A stretch of DNA of 64,000 bases, from assembly GCA_963829055.1 (NCBI GenBank), contig CAWHHI010000020.1:896001-960000 (forward strand), given 5' to 3'. A model generated the notes under the pieces. It was not told the DNA's origin, made no database searches, and was given only the letters and a program-made list of their open reading frames with translations. Below are positions 41,900 to 56,699 of this stretch, piece after piece (position 1 is the stretch's first letter; each line of letters begins with the position of its first letter). The DNA comes from an uncultured Gemmatimonadaceae bacterium (lineage in GTDB: Bacteria > Gemmatimonadota > Gemmatimonadetes > Gemmatimonadales > Gemmatimonadaceae). The position numbers and the translations under genes are program-made.

Positions 41900-44555
41900 T
41901 CAATCCGTTCGCAATGCCACGAGCGGATCGACATGCATCGCCCGGCGCGCGGGAACGACAGTGGCGATGATTCCGATCAGCACGATGCACGCGGACGCCG
42001 CGGCGTACACGGCCGTATCACCGGGGGTCACCCCGAAGAGCATTGATGCGACCACGCGTGATAGTACCGCCGCACTCGTTAGGCCGATCGCGAGTCCGGT
42101 CAGCATCAGTGCTGCCGCGTTGCGGGCGAGCAGATGCAGCACGTCGCGACGCTGGGCGCCCATCGCCACGCGGATGCCGATTTCCTTCGTTCGTTGTGTC
42201 ACGGAGTAGGCCATCACGCCGTACAGTCCGACGGCCGCCAGAAACAGCGCCACGCTCGCCAGAACGGTCAGCAGGCTAGCTGCCGTCTTCTGCTCATAGA
42301 GCGGCGCGGCGGTGAATTCGCCCAGGGAAAGGGCATTGAACACCGGCACCGCCGGCTCGAGGGCCCGCACCTCTCGGCGGATCGCGGCCACGGCTTCATC
42401 CACCGAGCCGCTCGTGCGGACGAGGAACGTGAATGGGAACTCGGGCCGGTAGACCTGCCGCATTGGAACGTAGAAATAGGGTGCCGGTCGTTCGGTGAGC
42501 CGATACGTCTTGATGTCCGGCACGACGCCGATGATGGTGAATGGCTTTCCCCACCCGTCCACCTGTCGACCGATCACGGAACCACCGTGGAGGAATCGCC
42601 TCACGAACTCCTCGTTCACGATCATCACCGGCGCGTGCGCACTGTCGTCCTGGATTGTGAAGTCGCGACCTTCACGCATTGGCACCCTCAGCACATCGAA
42701 GTACCCAGGGGCAACGACGGCGCGGTAGATCTTCATGTTCTCGCTCGGGTCGGGAGCGTAGCCCTCGATCCGCAGGTCCTCCCACGATCCTGCCCCGACG
42801 GTGAGCGGTACGTAGTCCGTGTAGCTGACAGCCGTGACGCCTGGCTGACGCTCAAGTCGCTCGCGCACGGCCCGCATGAACGCGTCGCCCTGTGGTCCGT
42901 CATAGCCTGCCGCGGACAGGCTGACGGCCCCGATCGCGACGCCACGCGAGTCGAATCCGGGCTGCACCGCGCGAACGACGAAAAAGCTCTTCATGAACAA
43001 TCCGGCTCCCACGAGTGCCACGACGGTGAGGGCCATCTCACCTCGCCACGAGCAATCCCCGGAGTCGCCCGGACCGTGCGGACCCCGTCATGCCTCGGCT
43101 CCCTGCGCCGAGGGCGTCGCCGAGCTGTTCGCGGGCGACGTACCAGGCCGGTGCAATTCCCGCCAGAATGGTGACCGCGCACGCCAGGCCGGCCGTGAAG
43201 GCGAGCACGCGTGCATCGAGGTGAGGCCGCAGCAGCGTGGGTACGGCCAGGTCCGGCACGAAAAATCGCAACGAGCCGCTGAGCCAATGAGCCACGAGCA
43301 GCCCGAGTGCCGAGCCGGCAGTCGTGAGTACGGCGGATTCCGTCAACAGCTGCCTAACGAGCCGAGCGCGGGGGGCGCCCAGCGCGAGGCGTAGACTCAT
43401 CTCGCGTCGGCGATTCATGGCGCGGGCCAACAAGAGGTTGGCCATGTTGGCGCAGACGATGAGCAGCACGACCGCGCCGGCGCCCGTCAGCATTCCGAGC
43501 GGTGCTCTCAGCCGATCGTGGACGCCATAGTGCGATAGCGACACCGGCAGCATCGCGGCAGTCATCCCTCGATTGGTGTTCGGATGCACCTCCGCGAGGC
43601 GGGACACGGCCGATGCGAGATCCGCGCGGGCCTGCTCGATCGTGACGCCGGCGGCGAGTCGCGCCAGGACGCGGAACATTCGCGTCTTCCGATCCTTGAG
43701 GAATGATCCGCCGTTCGGGTCCAGATGGCTGATCATCGTCGCCGGCACCCAGAGCTCGAACTCGCTACCCGGCATCGACCCGTGAAACCCCCGGGGAGCG
43801 ACGCCAATGATGGTGAAAGGGTAGCGGTTGATGCGTATCGGAGACCCGATGACTGCAGGGTCGCTTTGGTAACGACCGGCCCACAGCGCGTAGCTGATGA
43901 CCGCGACCGCGGGTGAGCCCGCCGCGTCTCCGCGCTCGCCTGCCGAGAAGAAGCGACCGCGCAGAGGTTGGATGCGCAGCACGTCGAAGAAGTTGCCCGA
44001 GACGAGCTCGCCCCAGCGACGCTCGATGGCCCCATCGCTGCCTAACGCTAACCCGGTCGGCAATGAGACCGTCATGGACTCGACGGTTCGCAACCGATTG
44101 CGGAGGTCGCGGAAGTCCGGGTACGACGTCGGCGTCCATTCGCTCGACGGCGTGACGCCCTCTATCGCCACGACGCGGGCGGGGTCGGCGGCGCCTGGCA
44201 ACGCGTCCAGCAGCACGGCTCGCCGCCAGCTGAACACCGTCGCATTGGCCGCGATCCCGATCGCCAGTGTGAGGATGGCCGCCGAGGCGAGTGCCGGGCT
44301 CCGTCGGAGCTGGCGCAGCGCGTAGCGGACGTCCATGGCGAACGAGTCGATCGTCGGCCACTGCCAGACTTCGCGGCTCGTCTCCTCGATTGCCGTCACG
44401 TTGCCGAACTTCCGGCGCGCAGCCGCCGTGGCGTCCACGCGTGACATGCCGCTAGCCATGAGCGACTCGACCGTCTCCTCGAGGTGGGCACTGATCTCAG
44501 CCGAGAGATCGTCGTGCTGGCGACGGCGCGTGAACAGCTGGGCAACCCAGTTCAT
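41900..44555 (-). CDS. ADOP-type duplicated ABC permease (MacB-like); frameshift near 43037
   Basis: DVRYALRQLRRSP; VSGNFF; LLIVCANMANLLLAR; QLLTES; YSVTQRTKEIGIRVAMGA; PARRAMHVDPLVALR. Confidence 0.9.
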
Positions 44556-44893
44556 GATTCACCCAAGGCGAGGACGCGGGTGATCCCTTCCAGCATTTTC
44601 TCGAAGGAGGAGACCTGCCGGGCGAGGTGTTTCGCGCCTTCTGGTGTCAGGTGGTAGATGCGTACGCGACGGTTGCTGGACGAAACGCCCCATTCGGCTT
44701 TCACCAGTCCACCCTTGAGCAGGCGCTGCAGCGCGGGATAGAGCGACCCCTCTTCCACCTGCAGCAGGTCGTTGGATGCCTGGTGAATCCGCTGGACGAG
44801 CGCGTAGCCGTGGAGCGGCTGCTGCTTGAGGAGGCGCAGGACCATCATCTCCAGCGCACCGGGGAAGAGATCGCGTTGGTCGTCGGGTTTCAT
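44552..44893 (-). CDS. PadR family transcriptional regulator (ADOP-associated type)
   Basis: GALEMMVL; LHGYAL; VEEGSLYPALQRL; SNRRVRIYHLT. ATGA overlap with the permease. Confidence 0.92.
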   Translation of the reverse strand: MKPDDQRDLFPGALEMMVLRLLKQQPLHGYALVQRIHQASNDLLQVEEGSLYPALQRLLKGGLVKAEWGVSSSNRRVRIYHLTPEGAKHLARQVSSFEKMLEGITRVLALGES

Positions 44894-45205
44894 GAACGAG
44901 TCCGGGCGAACCTGTTTACTCAATGCCTAGAGCAAAATAGCCTTCTCCGACGGAGGGTGTCAAGCGTGTCCACGCGCGACATAACAACCCGCTCGGAATG
45001 AGCGTGGTTAGACGGCGGTTTGGCGCGCTCGGGTCGCAATTGCGTGCGCATACGTTCAAATGCGACAAGCACGCAACGACCTGATCCATAACCGCTCGGC
45101 CAGACAGCACCATTTCGGCACGTTGGCCCGGACGCTCGCCTCGAGGCGGCGTGACTCCGACGACCGTGGACCGACTGACAATGGGTTCGGTGCAATTGCA
45201 AATGC

Positions 45206-45611
45206 GTGAGCCAGACTGGCGACAGCGCGGACGCGCTGCCGCAGACCGTCCTTCTCGTGGACGACGATCCGGACATGCGGCTCTACCTGCGGAGCTGTCT
45301 CCGCGGGCCTCGCGTTGCCGTTCGACCGCGTGATCGAAGCGGGCGATGGGCTGGAAGCGCTGCGCCTGGTCAGATCCGGGACCGTCAGCCTCGTGATCAG
45401 CGACGTGGGCCTCCCGGGCCTCGACGGCCGACGGCTGTCCCGGGCGATTCGCGACGATGCGGCCCTGCATCACGTGTCCGTCCTCCTCGTGAGCGGTGAC
45501 GGTGTCATGGGGGACAGCACCGCCGACGGCTTTCTCAGCAAGCCGTTCAACAGTCACCAGCTCCTCGCCGCACTCGACGCACTGCCACCCCGACGTTTCG
45601 CCTCGCCATAG
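45206..45611 (+). CDS. Single-domain response regulator; frameshift near 45305
   Basis: VLLVDDDPDMR; then EAGDGLEAL, VISDVGLPGLDG, FLSKPF. Confidence 0.8.
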
Positions 45612-45671
45612 ACACGACACAGCAGTCCACGTTAGGCGCCGTTCACACCCCGACCCATACAAGAGGTCACC

Positions 45672-46277
45672 ATGGAGTTCCGCCGATTCGCCCAGCGCGC
45701 CGCCGGATGCGCGCTCGTCATCCTCGCCGTCGCCCCCGAGCGCACGCAGGCGCAGAAGCAGGGCATGACGCCCGCGCTCGAGAGCGTCCGCAAGCTGCTC
45801 GACAAGTACAACGATCCGATCGTCGCCGTGCACGATGGCTTCTACTCGTCGGTCGCCTGCATCTCGTATCCCAGCGGTGGCGGCGAGGGATCCATGCGCT
45901 ATGCCGCGGGCGCCATGGGCGTGCACTTCCTGAACATGGGGAACGTCGGGCCCAAGCTCGACCCGTCCAAGCCGCAGGTGCTGATCTACGAGCCGCAGGG
46001 CGACAAGCTCCGTCTCGTCGCCGCCGAGTGGTTCATGCCCGCCGAGCTTGCCGGCGGGAAGGCGCCGTCGATCCTCGGTCAGGAGTTGGGCGGACCGATG
46101 GAAGGTCACAAGCCGGTCATGCCGGACGGGCTGCACCACTACGACCTGCACGTCTGGCTGTGGAAGACGAATCCGGAAGGCGTCTTCTCGCCGACCAACC
46201 CCGCCGTGAAGTGTCCGACGACTGGATACTCGTTCGCGGAAGCAGCGCCGAAGATGGTCCACTCGCAGCAGAAGTAG
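45672..46277 (+). CDS. Secreted hypothetical protein with conserved His motifs
   Basis: GAGG RBS; GAMGVHFLN; PQVLIYEP; YDLHVWLWKTNPEGVF. Confidence 0.78.
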   Translation: MEFRRFAQRAAGCALVILAVAPERTQAQKQGMTPALESVRKLLDKYNDPIVAVHDGFYSSVACISYPSGGGEGSMRYAAGAMGVHFLNMGNVGPKLDPSKPQVLIYEPQGDKLRLVAAEWFMPAELAGGKAPSILGQELGGPMEGHKPVMPDGLHHYDLHVWLWKTNPEGVFSPTNPAVKCPTTGYSFAEAAPKMVHSQQK

Positions 46278-46280
46278 CGG

Positions 46281-49266
46281 ATGACCACTGCCGCCCGCGC
46301 CTGCCCGTCCTGCCATACTCCGCTTCCGGACGAAGCGCATTTCTGCCTGCACTGCGGTACGGCGACGCCGACCGAGCCGGGCGTTCCGGCTCGCACGGCG
46401 GCGACCGACGTGAGCGAGATCGTCCGGGTGCGGAAGGCGCTCGCCGGCCGAGGCTACGCGATCGAGCGCGTACTCGGCGAAGGCGGTATGGCGACCGTCT
46501 ACCTGGCCACCGACGTGAAGCACCGCCGCCACGTCGCGGTCAAGGTGATGCGTCCCGAGCTGGCCGCGACGTTAGGCGCGGAGCGGTTTCTCCGCGAGGT
46601 GGAGATCGCGGCACAGCTCAGCCATCCACACGTCCTGCCCGTGCACGACTCGGGAGAATCGGACGGCGTGCTGTTCTACGTCATGCCGTACGTGGAGGGC
46701 GAGTCGCTGCACGAGCGAATCAAGCGTGAGACGCAGTTGCCGGTGGAAGAAGCACTCCGCATCGCGCGCGAGGTTGGTGAGGCGCTCGCGTATGCCCATG
46801 GCAAGAAGATCGTCCATCGCGATATCAAGCCGGCCAACATCATGCTCTCGGCCGGCCACGCGCTCGTCGCGGATTTCGGGATCGCGCGAGCCGTAGGCGG
46901 CGGGGCGGCGATCACACAGACCGGGTTCGCCGTCGGCACCCCGCAGTATATGAGTCCCGAGCAGGCCAGCGGCTCGGCCATGGTCGACGGGCGGAGCGAC
47001 GTGTTCGCGTTAGGCTGCGTCGTGTACGAGATGCTGGCCGGCGAGCCGCCATTCACCGGGCCCAACGCGCAGGCTATCGTCACTCGCAGCCTGACCGAGG
47101 CGCCGCGCTCTCTCACGGCCACGCGCGAGGGCATCTCGCCGGCGATCGAAGCGGTGGTCACTCGCGCGCTGACGAAGAACCCTGCCGACCGCTGGCAGAC
47201 CGCAGCAGAGTTCGCCAAGGCGTTAGGCGGGGCCGAGGATCAGCTGCGGCTCGGTCCCATCTCGGGCGCACGGACGCCGGCGCCCATGGCGGTCGCGGGA
47301 TCGGGGCCGGCGGCGGCGACGGTCTGGACGACGTTCGGCATCGCCGGCGTGATGGCGTTGGGTCTCATCTTCGGTCTGGTGCGGCGCTGGGGGCTTCCCG
47401 TCTGGGCGCTCGGCGTCGCGGTGCTCTTCCTCGCGATCGGCGCGCTGGTGCTCGTCGTGACCGGGAAGATGGAAGGCAGAAGGACCGCGGGCGGCAGCGT
47501 CACGGGGCCCGCGGCGCTGTTCACCTGGCGGAACGCCACCCTGGGTGGCGTCGCCGCGTTAGGTCTGTGGGCCGTCCTCGCCACCGTCCTCGTGTTTCGC
47601 GGCCCGGCCAGCGCGTCGGAGCCCAGTTCGGGAGTCAGGCTCGCGGTGCTGCCGTTCGAGAACCGCGGTGCCGCGGACGACAACTACTTCGTGGACGGCG
47701 TCGCCGACCAGGTCCGCGGAAAGCTCATGGGCCTCAAGGGCTTCCAGGTCACGGCCCGCACCAGCTCCGATCAGTACAAGGCGACGAAGAAGACGCCGCA
47801 GGAGATCGGGACCGAGCTCGGTGTCGACTACCTGCTCACGTCCACCGTGTCGTGGGCGAAGGCGGCCGGCACGAAGGGCCGAGTGCAGGTGGTGCCGGAG
47901 TTGATCGACGTGAAGACGGGCGCCGGAAAGTGGCAGCAGAGCTTCGACGCCGAGCTGACGGACATCTTCCAGGTGCAGGGCGACATCGCGACGCAGGTGG
48001 CTGGCGCGCTCAACGTCGCGCTCGCGCCGGCCGAGAAGCAGGAGATCGCCGAGCGGCCGACGAAGAATCTCGCCGCGTACGACCTGTTCCTCAAAGCCAA
48101 GGCTCTGACTGGGAACGACCCGGCGACCCTCCGACAGGCCGTGGCCTACAACGAGCAGGCGGTCGCGCTCGACTCGACGTTCACGGACGCGTGGATCGGG
48201 CTGGGAGTCAACCTGTCGAACCTGTACTTCATGGGCACGCCCGACCCCGATCTCGCGACCCGCGCTCGAAGGGCGGTGGACCACGCGACGGCGCTCGCGC
48301 CGGACAAGGTCGGCACCCGTTCAGCGCGAAGCACGTACTTCAACAGCGTCGCCAACGACCTGACCGCGGCCGACGCGGAGGTCACCGAAGCGATGCGCGT
48401 GGCGCCTAACGACGCCGGCGTGCTGCGGATGGCATCGGGCATGGAGGCACGACGCGGTCGCTGGCAGGAATCGCTGGCTCACGCCGAGCAGGCCATGCGC
48501 CTCGATCCACGCTCCAGAGGGTCGAAGATCACGCTGTACGACAAGCTGGCTCCGCCTGCACAAGTTCCCGGAGGCGGTCGTGCTGGGTCGCGAGGCCATG
48601 GCCGACCGCCCGCGGGACCTCAACACGGCGAACAGCCTCGCCCTTCTGTATCTGATGCAGGGCGACCTCGCGTCCGCGCAGGCGGTGATCCGGAACGTCC
48701 CGGCCGACGTGCCACGCACCGCGGTCGCGACGTACTTCGCGATCTACCAGGATCTGTACTGGGTGCTGGAAGACGACGACCAGAAGCTCGTCATGCGCCT
48801 CGGCCCCTCGATGTTCGACAACGACCGGGCCACGTGGGCGGCGGTCCAGATGCAGATCGCGACGCTGCGTGGGGACAAGACGCGCGCACGGGCATTCGCG
48901 GACACGGCGCAGGCGGAGTTCACGAAGCAGCTGCAGCTGACGCCTAACGATCCACAGCAGCACATCTTCCGCGGGCTCGCACTGGCCACGCTGGGCCGGA
49001 AAGACGAGGCCATCGCGGAGGCGACGCGTGGGGCGAGCTTCAATCCGCTCAGCCAGGATCAGGTCAACGGCCCGTACTACCAGCACCAGCTGATGCGAGT
49101 CTACCTCCAGGCGGGGGAGAACGAGAAGGCGATCGATGTGTTGGAGGAGCTACTCAAGATCCCCTACCTGCTGACACCGGCGCGGATCCGAATCGATCCC
49201 ACCTTCGCACCGCTCAAGGGCAATCCGCGGTTCGAGAAGCTGCTCAAAGGAGCAGAAGCGTCATGA
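46281..49266 (+). CDS. Zn-ribbon - Ser/Thr kinase - 3TM - TolB_N-like - TPR protein; frameshift near 48550
   Basis: CPSC/FCLHCG; LGEGGMATVYLA; HRDIKPAN; DFG; GTPQYMSPE; LAVLPFEN; ends DPTFAPLKGNPRF. Confidence 0.9.
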
Positions 49267-49386
49267 ACAGCGAACGGCTCGAAGGGCCGTGCGCTCTGTA
49301 GCGCCGTCCGCCCTGTCCATGTCGAGTGTCCTCACTACTGCCCTGGCGGGTCGCTACCGCAAGCGCGCCGTCGACGCGGCCAACTC

Positions 49387-50448
49387 ATGAGCGACGCGAT
49401 CACCTCGTTGCGGTCGCTCGCCGCCCGCTACCTCATCGAGCGCGAGCTCGGCTCGGGCGGCATGGCGACCGTCTTCCTCGCCCAGGACCTCAAGCACAAC
49501 CGGCAGGTCGCGGTGAAGGTGCTCAAGCCGGAGTTGGCTGCATCGATAGGCGCAGAGCGCTTTCTCCGGGAGATCGAGACGACCGCGAATCTGCGTCACC
49601 CGCACATCCTGCCGCTCTACGATTCGGGCGAGGTGCGCGGCGCTCTCTACTACGTCATGCCGTTCGTGGAAGGCGAGTCACTGCGTGACCGGCTCAAGCG
49701 CGACCACCAGCTGCCCATTGAGGACGCACTCCGCTTTGCGCGCGAAGTGTCCGACGCGCTCAGCTATGCCCACGCCCGTGGCGTCGTCCACCGCGACATC
49801 AAACCGGAGAACATCCTGCTCGAGAGCGGTCACGCGGTAGTCGCGGACTTCGGGATCGCGCGGGCCGTCCGCGCAGCGGGGTCCGAGTCGCTCACCGGCG
49901 CCGGCATGAGCGTCGGGACGCCCGCCTACATGAGCCCGGAGCAGGCGGCAGGCGAAGTGGACATCGACGGGCGCAGCGACCTGTACGCGTTAGGCTGCGT
50001 GCTGTACGAGATGCTGGCCGGCCAGCCGCCGTTCACCGGGCCCACGGGGGCGTCCCTCATCAGGCAGCACATGGTCGCGGAGCCGCCGCCGATCTCCAAT
50101 CTTCGCCCCGCGGTACCCGCGCCCGTGATCGCCGCACTCGAGCGCGCGCTCGCCAAGGCTCCAGCCGACCGCTTCGCCCGTCTCACGGAATTCACCGCCG
50201 CACTGCGGCTCGCGGAAACGACGCCGGTACCATCGAGCGCCGCCGTGCCGCCCGACGTACCGTCGCACCGTCACCGACGTGTCGCAGTGATCGGTGCCAT
50301 CATCGCCATCCTGCTTGGCCTCGCGTTCGCCCTCTGGTGGCGCACGGCCGCGAGCGCGACCGGCGACGTGACGCCGCTCCGCGGAATGCCGGAGTTCGAC
50401 CGGATCGTCGCGAAGGCAGCGCGGCGCGTGGCGGAGTTCAGCGCATGA
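49387..50448 (+). CDS. Ser/Thr kinase plus TM helix, sensor region missing (in-frame internal deletion)
   Basis: Complete kinase motifs, TM VAVIGAIIAILLGLAFALWW, then directly PLRGMPEFDRIVAKAARRVAEFSA*. Confidence 0.8.
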   Translation: MSDAITSLRSLAARYLIERELGSGGMATVFLAQDLKHNRQVAVKVLKPELAASIGAERFLREIETTANLRHPHILPLYDSGEVRGALYYVMPFVEGESLRDRLKRDHQLPIEDALRFAREVSDALSYAHARGVVHRDIKPENILLESGHAVVADFGIARAVRAAGSESLTGAGMSVGTPAYMSPEQAAGEVDIDGRSDLYALGCVLYEMLAGQPPFTGPTGASLIRQHMVAEPPPISNLRPAVPAPVIAALERALAKAPADRFARLTEFTAALRLAETTPVPSSAAVPPDVPSHRHRRVAVIGAIIAILLGLAFALWWRTAASATGDVTPLRGMPEFDRIVAKAARRVAEFSA

Positions 50449-50507
50449 GCGTCGGCGAGCCGCTCGCTTCCGCGAACAAATCTTGAACGTTCCCTAACGA
50501 GGCCGTC

Positions 50508-52454
50508 ATGGGCTTTCCTATACCCGCAGCATTGCTCCTCGCGACGGCGTTGTTTCAGGAATCCGTCACGCCGCCACCGGCGCGGCTCCCGCTTCCGCGC
50601 CCGGTCGCCAACGCGCCGATCGCTCAGGTCAATGACAACCGACAGCCCGCCGGCACTCTGGCGAACGGGCACGCTGACGCTGTCGCTCGACATCGTCGAA
50701 GCGGCGTATCAGGCCGAAGGCGAGCACGATCCCGTCGTGCGCGTGCTGGCGTTCGCCGAAACGGGCAAGGCGCCGCAGGTACCGGGCCCACTGCTCCGCG
50801 CGCCGCTCGGCACCGTCGTGCGATCTCACGGTGCGGAACCGCTCGGACTCCGCGGTGATGTTCGGCGGCCTTCGACAATCGCTCCCAGCGAGCCGTGACA
50901 CGGTGCACATCGCTGCCGGCGCAACACGCGAGATCACGTTCAGGCTCGACAAGGTCGGAAACTTCTTCTACTGGGCCGCGCTCGAGGGTCTCAGCACGTT
51001 CGAGGACCGCTACTGGCTCGATTCGCAGCTCACGGCAGCGTTCATCGTCGACGCGCCTAACGCGTCGCCTTCCGCGAACGAGCGCGTCTGGCTGATCACC
51101 GAGTGGTTTTTCCAGCCGCCGAAAGTGCGCGAGTTCGAATCGGCACTGACGTTCAACGGAAAGGCGTGGCCGTACAACGAGCGCCTGACGTTCACGCAGG
51201 GCGACTCGGTTCACTTCCGCATGATCAACGCGGCAGCGGTCGAGCATCCGCTGCACCTGCACGGCTTCTACTTCCGCGTGACGCGCCATGGCGGCACAGG
51301 CGCGGACACCGTGGTCGCCGCCTCGCTGCAGCCGCTGCAGAACATGCGGGTGATTCCGATCGGCGGGTCGCTGTCGCTCTCGTTCCTCCCGACGACACCG
51401 GGCAACTGGGTCTTCCACTGTCACTTCGCGGGCCACGTCGGCGAGATCGTGAGCCTGCACGACGCAACCGATGCGCAGCACGTGCCTAACGCTGGCGGCC
51501 ACGCGATGCCGGAGCACGACAAGCCCGGCGGCCACACGATGCGCGGACTGGTGATCGGCATGCACGTCACGCCCGCGCCCGGCTACAAGGAGCCGGAAGT
51601 CGCGAATCGGCGGACGATCAATCTGCTCATCCAGAAGCGGCCGAACGGGCTCGTCGGAGGACAGACCGCGTACGGATTCGTGCTGCAGAAAGGCGCCGAA
51701 GTGCCAGCGAGGGACTCCGTCGTGCTTCCGGCACCCGTGCTCGAGCTCAAGCGCGGCGAGCCGGTTCGCATCGTCGTGAAGAACAACCTCGACGAGCCGA
51801 GCGGCGTGCACTGGCACGGACTGGAGATCGAGAGCTATCCGGATGGCGTCGCCGGACTTCAGCGGCATCGGCGACAGGATCATGCCGCCGATTCCGCCGG
51901 GCGAGTCGTTCGCCGCGGAGTTCACGCCGCCGCGGAGCGGCACGTTTCCCTATCATTCGCATCTGCACGAGATGCGGCAGATCGGCTCCGGGATGTACGG
52001 CGCGATCATCGTCAGCGATACGCCGCGCGATACCACGCGCGATCACGTGATCGTCGCCGGCGGCGGCGGGCTTCCTGTGTTCTACAAGCAGGCGCCCACG
52101 TTCCTGCTGGTGAACGGCGAGCGTGAATCCGGCGCCCGTGCGTCATGACCGTCGGGGACACGCAGCGCCTGCGCATCGTGAGCATTCACGCCGACGAGGT
52201 GCTGCATTTCAGATTCGGCACCGACGGCGAGTGCGACCCAGTGGACGCCGCTGGCGCGGGATGGCGCCGACCTCCCGGCCGCGTTGCGCACCCGGGCAGT
52301 CGCCATCACCGAGATGGGGCCGGGCGAGACCGCGGATTTCACGTACGTGCCGACTCAGCCTGGTGACATGATGCTCGAGGTGTGGATCCCGAGCGGCATG
52401 CGGATCGTGCTGCCCGTGATAGTGCGAGCTCGCCAAGTGGCGGCGAAGCCTTGA
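50508..52454 (+). CDS. Multicopper oxidase-like protein with four cupredoxin domains; several frameshifts
   Basis: VPGPLLR; HPLHLHGF; GNWVFHCHFAGH; VHWHGLE; GTFPYHSHLHE...GMYGAIIV; ends VAAKP* at 52454. Confidence 0.82.
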
Positions 52455-52542
52455 TGAGCGGCGTGGTGGGCGGACTCGTCGGGGTGCCGGAATTCGAGCG
52501 CATCGTCGCGAAAGCGGCGCGGCGCGTGGCGGAGTTCGGCGC

Positions 52543-52546
<4 letters not shown>
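52454..52546 (+). pseudogene. 30-aa remnant of a kinase-TPR C-terminus
   Basis: MSGVVGGLVGVPEFERIVAKAARRVAEFGA*; near-copy of 50382-50448; coupled by TGATG upstream and ATGA downstream. Confidence 0.7.
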
Positions 52547-54913
<2,367 letters not shown>

Positions 54914-55007
54914 CGCCAAGATCCACATCGCACCGTAGACCGCCTAACGGGCGCTGCAACGGCTCGTCCACCTGCCTGAACCAACCCAGCCCTTCAGAGG
55001 CTTCAAA

Positions 55008-55283
55008 ATGTCCGGCACGTCTCCAGAACTCGACGCCATCATCACCGATCGCTACCGCATCGAACGACAGTGGCTCGCGGATGGAACGATCGCGTTCACG
55101 GTGTGGGGCAGCACCGACGCGGCCACACTGCGCCAGTTGACCGGACCCGGTCAGGCAAAGCCGATCGGCGCGCTCGGTCACGTCGCGAACCTGGTCAGCC
55201 TCTCGAAGGCCCTCGCGCGCGGCACGATCATGTGGCGCGAGTATCGGGGCGACGCGTGGATGTACCGGGTGGTGAAACCCTAA
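55008..55283 (+). pseudogene. Kinase start fused in-frame to a beta-propeller-like tail
   Basis: MSGTSPELDAIITDRYRIER joined to QWLADGTIAF...REYRGDAWMYRVVKP*. Confidence 0.65.
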
Positions 55284-55286
55284 CCA

Positions 55287-55949
55287 GTGTCAGATCCCTT
55301 GGATTCGAGATCCGTACGTAAGCGGACAACTGTCCAGTCAAAGGCTCTGACCCCTTGGCACACAGGGCATCGCGCAATCGTGGTGTGGTTGCTCCTGTTG
55401 CTTTCCTCGGCAACAGCGGCGGCCCAGGGCAAGTCGCCCGCGTCGATATCGCGCGCCTGGGACAGTGTCGAATCGATTTACGTCGTACGGTCGTGGCGGG
55501 AGTCCCGCATCGCACCGACGGATTTCTGTAGTGCGGCGCGCGCAGGGTTCCCCGGTGCGACCGTCGAGGATCGATACACGTTTCGCTCTGTAGGCACGAG
55601 CGCCGATGGAACAATTCGCGACGCGAACGTGAGAGTGGTCGGTCAACTGCACGCATGCTTCGCGATGCCCACCGACTCCGGCCCGATTGCGTTCTACGCT
55701 GATGGTTCGCTCGGTGAGGTCACGTTCACCGGTCGCGGTGAGTGTCGGACCGCGCGCACGGGCTTCCCAGAGGACGGACTGCTGATGCAGCGCTGCTTCC
55801 TTCTGCTCGAGGGCCTGAGCCACGGGCTCATCGGCGGTCACCTCACGACGAACACGATCAACTCCCGTCAGCCGCTCGGCGGGGTAACGGACCCCGCGGG
55901 CTATACGCAGTCGTCGATTGCCACCGTACGACTCTGGCGGCGTCGATGA
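55287..55949 (+). CDS. Secreted hypothetical protein, Cys-containing; start uncertain
   Basis: Hydrophobic signal AIVVWLLLLLSSATAAAQ; GGHLTTNT; YTQSSIATVRLW. Confidence 0.7.
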   Translation: MSDPLDSRSVRKRTTVQSKALTPWHTGHRAIVVWLLLLLSSATAAAQGKSPASISRAWDSVESIYVVRSWRESRIAPTDFCSAARAGFPGATVEDRYTFRSVGTSADGTIRDANVRVVGQLHACFAMPTDSGPIAFYADGSLGEVTFTGRGECRTARTGFPEDGLLMQRCFLLLEGLSHGLIGGHLTTNTINSRQPLGGVTDPAGYTQSSIATVRLWRRR

Positions 55950-56699
55950 GCGCGACCCTCGAGCGCCTGAGTGCGTCGCTCGACGGTCGTTACGGCATCG
56001 AGCGTGAGCTTGGGCAGGGCGGGATGGCGACCGTGTACCTCGCGCGCGACGTCAGGCACGACCGCAAGGTCGCGATCAAGGTCCTCACGCCCGAGCCTGC
56101 TCACGTCGTCAGGCGCCGAGCGGTTCTTGCGGGAGATTACGACGACGGCGAACCTGCGACACCCGCACATCCTGCCGCTCTACGATTCCGGTCAGGTGCC
56201 CGCGTCCGGGAGCGATGCCGACGCGGTCGTCTATTACGTGATGCCGTTCATCGACGGCGGCACGCTCCGTGACCGTCTGGACCGCGACAAGCAGTTGCCC
56301 ATCGACGAGGCGCTCGCCATCGCCCGCGAAGTCGCCGACGCGCTCGGTTACGCGCACCGGGAGGCTGCCGCGCGGACGATCGCACTGTCAGGGCCCGACT
56401 ACCCCTTCAGCCAGGCGGTCGACGGATACGTCAAGGCGAAGGCCGGTGACACGGCGGGCGCGCGACGCGTGCTGCGAGAGATGGGAACGGCGCCGCGCCT
56501 CCCCCAGCGGGCGCTGGTGTACGCGGCGCTCGGCGAGCGCGACTCCATGTACGTGATGTTCGAGCGCGCGATCGACGCGAAGGACCCAGATGCGATCTGG
56601 TTCCTCAACGCGATCCCGTCGCTGCGTCCGATGCGCCAGGACCCCCGCTACCAGCAATTGCTCGAGCGGATGGGCCTCCCGAAGGAGTGGCGCCGATGA
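55946..56699 (+). pseudogene. Kinase N-lobe fused to terminal TPRs (catalytic core deleted); frameshift near 56095
   Basis: GRYGIERELGQGGMATVYLA...VADALGYAHR joined to EAAARTIAL...LRPMRQDPRYQQLLERMGLP; no HRD, DFG or APE. Confidence 0.75.

Noticed and set aside
44916..46532. 538-aa minus-strand ORF
   Set aside because: Antisense to the response regulator, the secreted protein and the kinase start.
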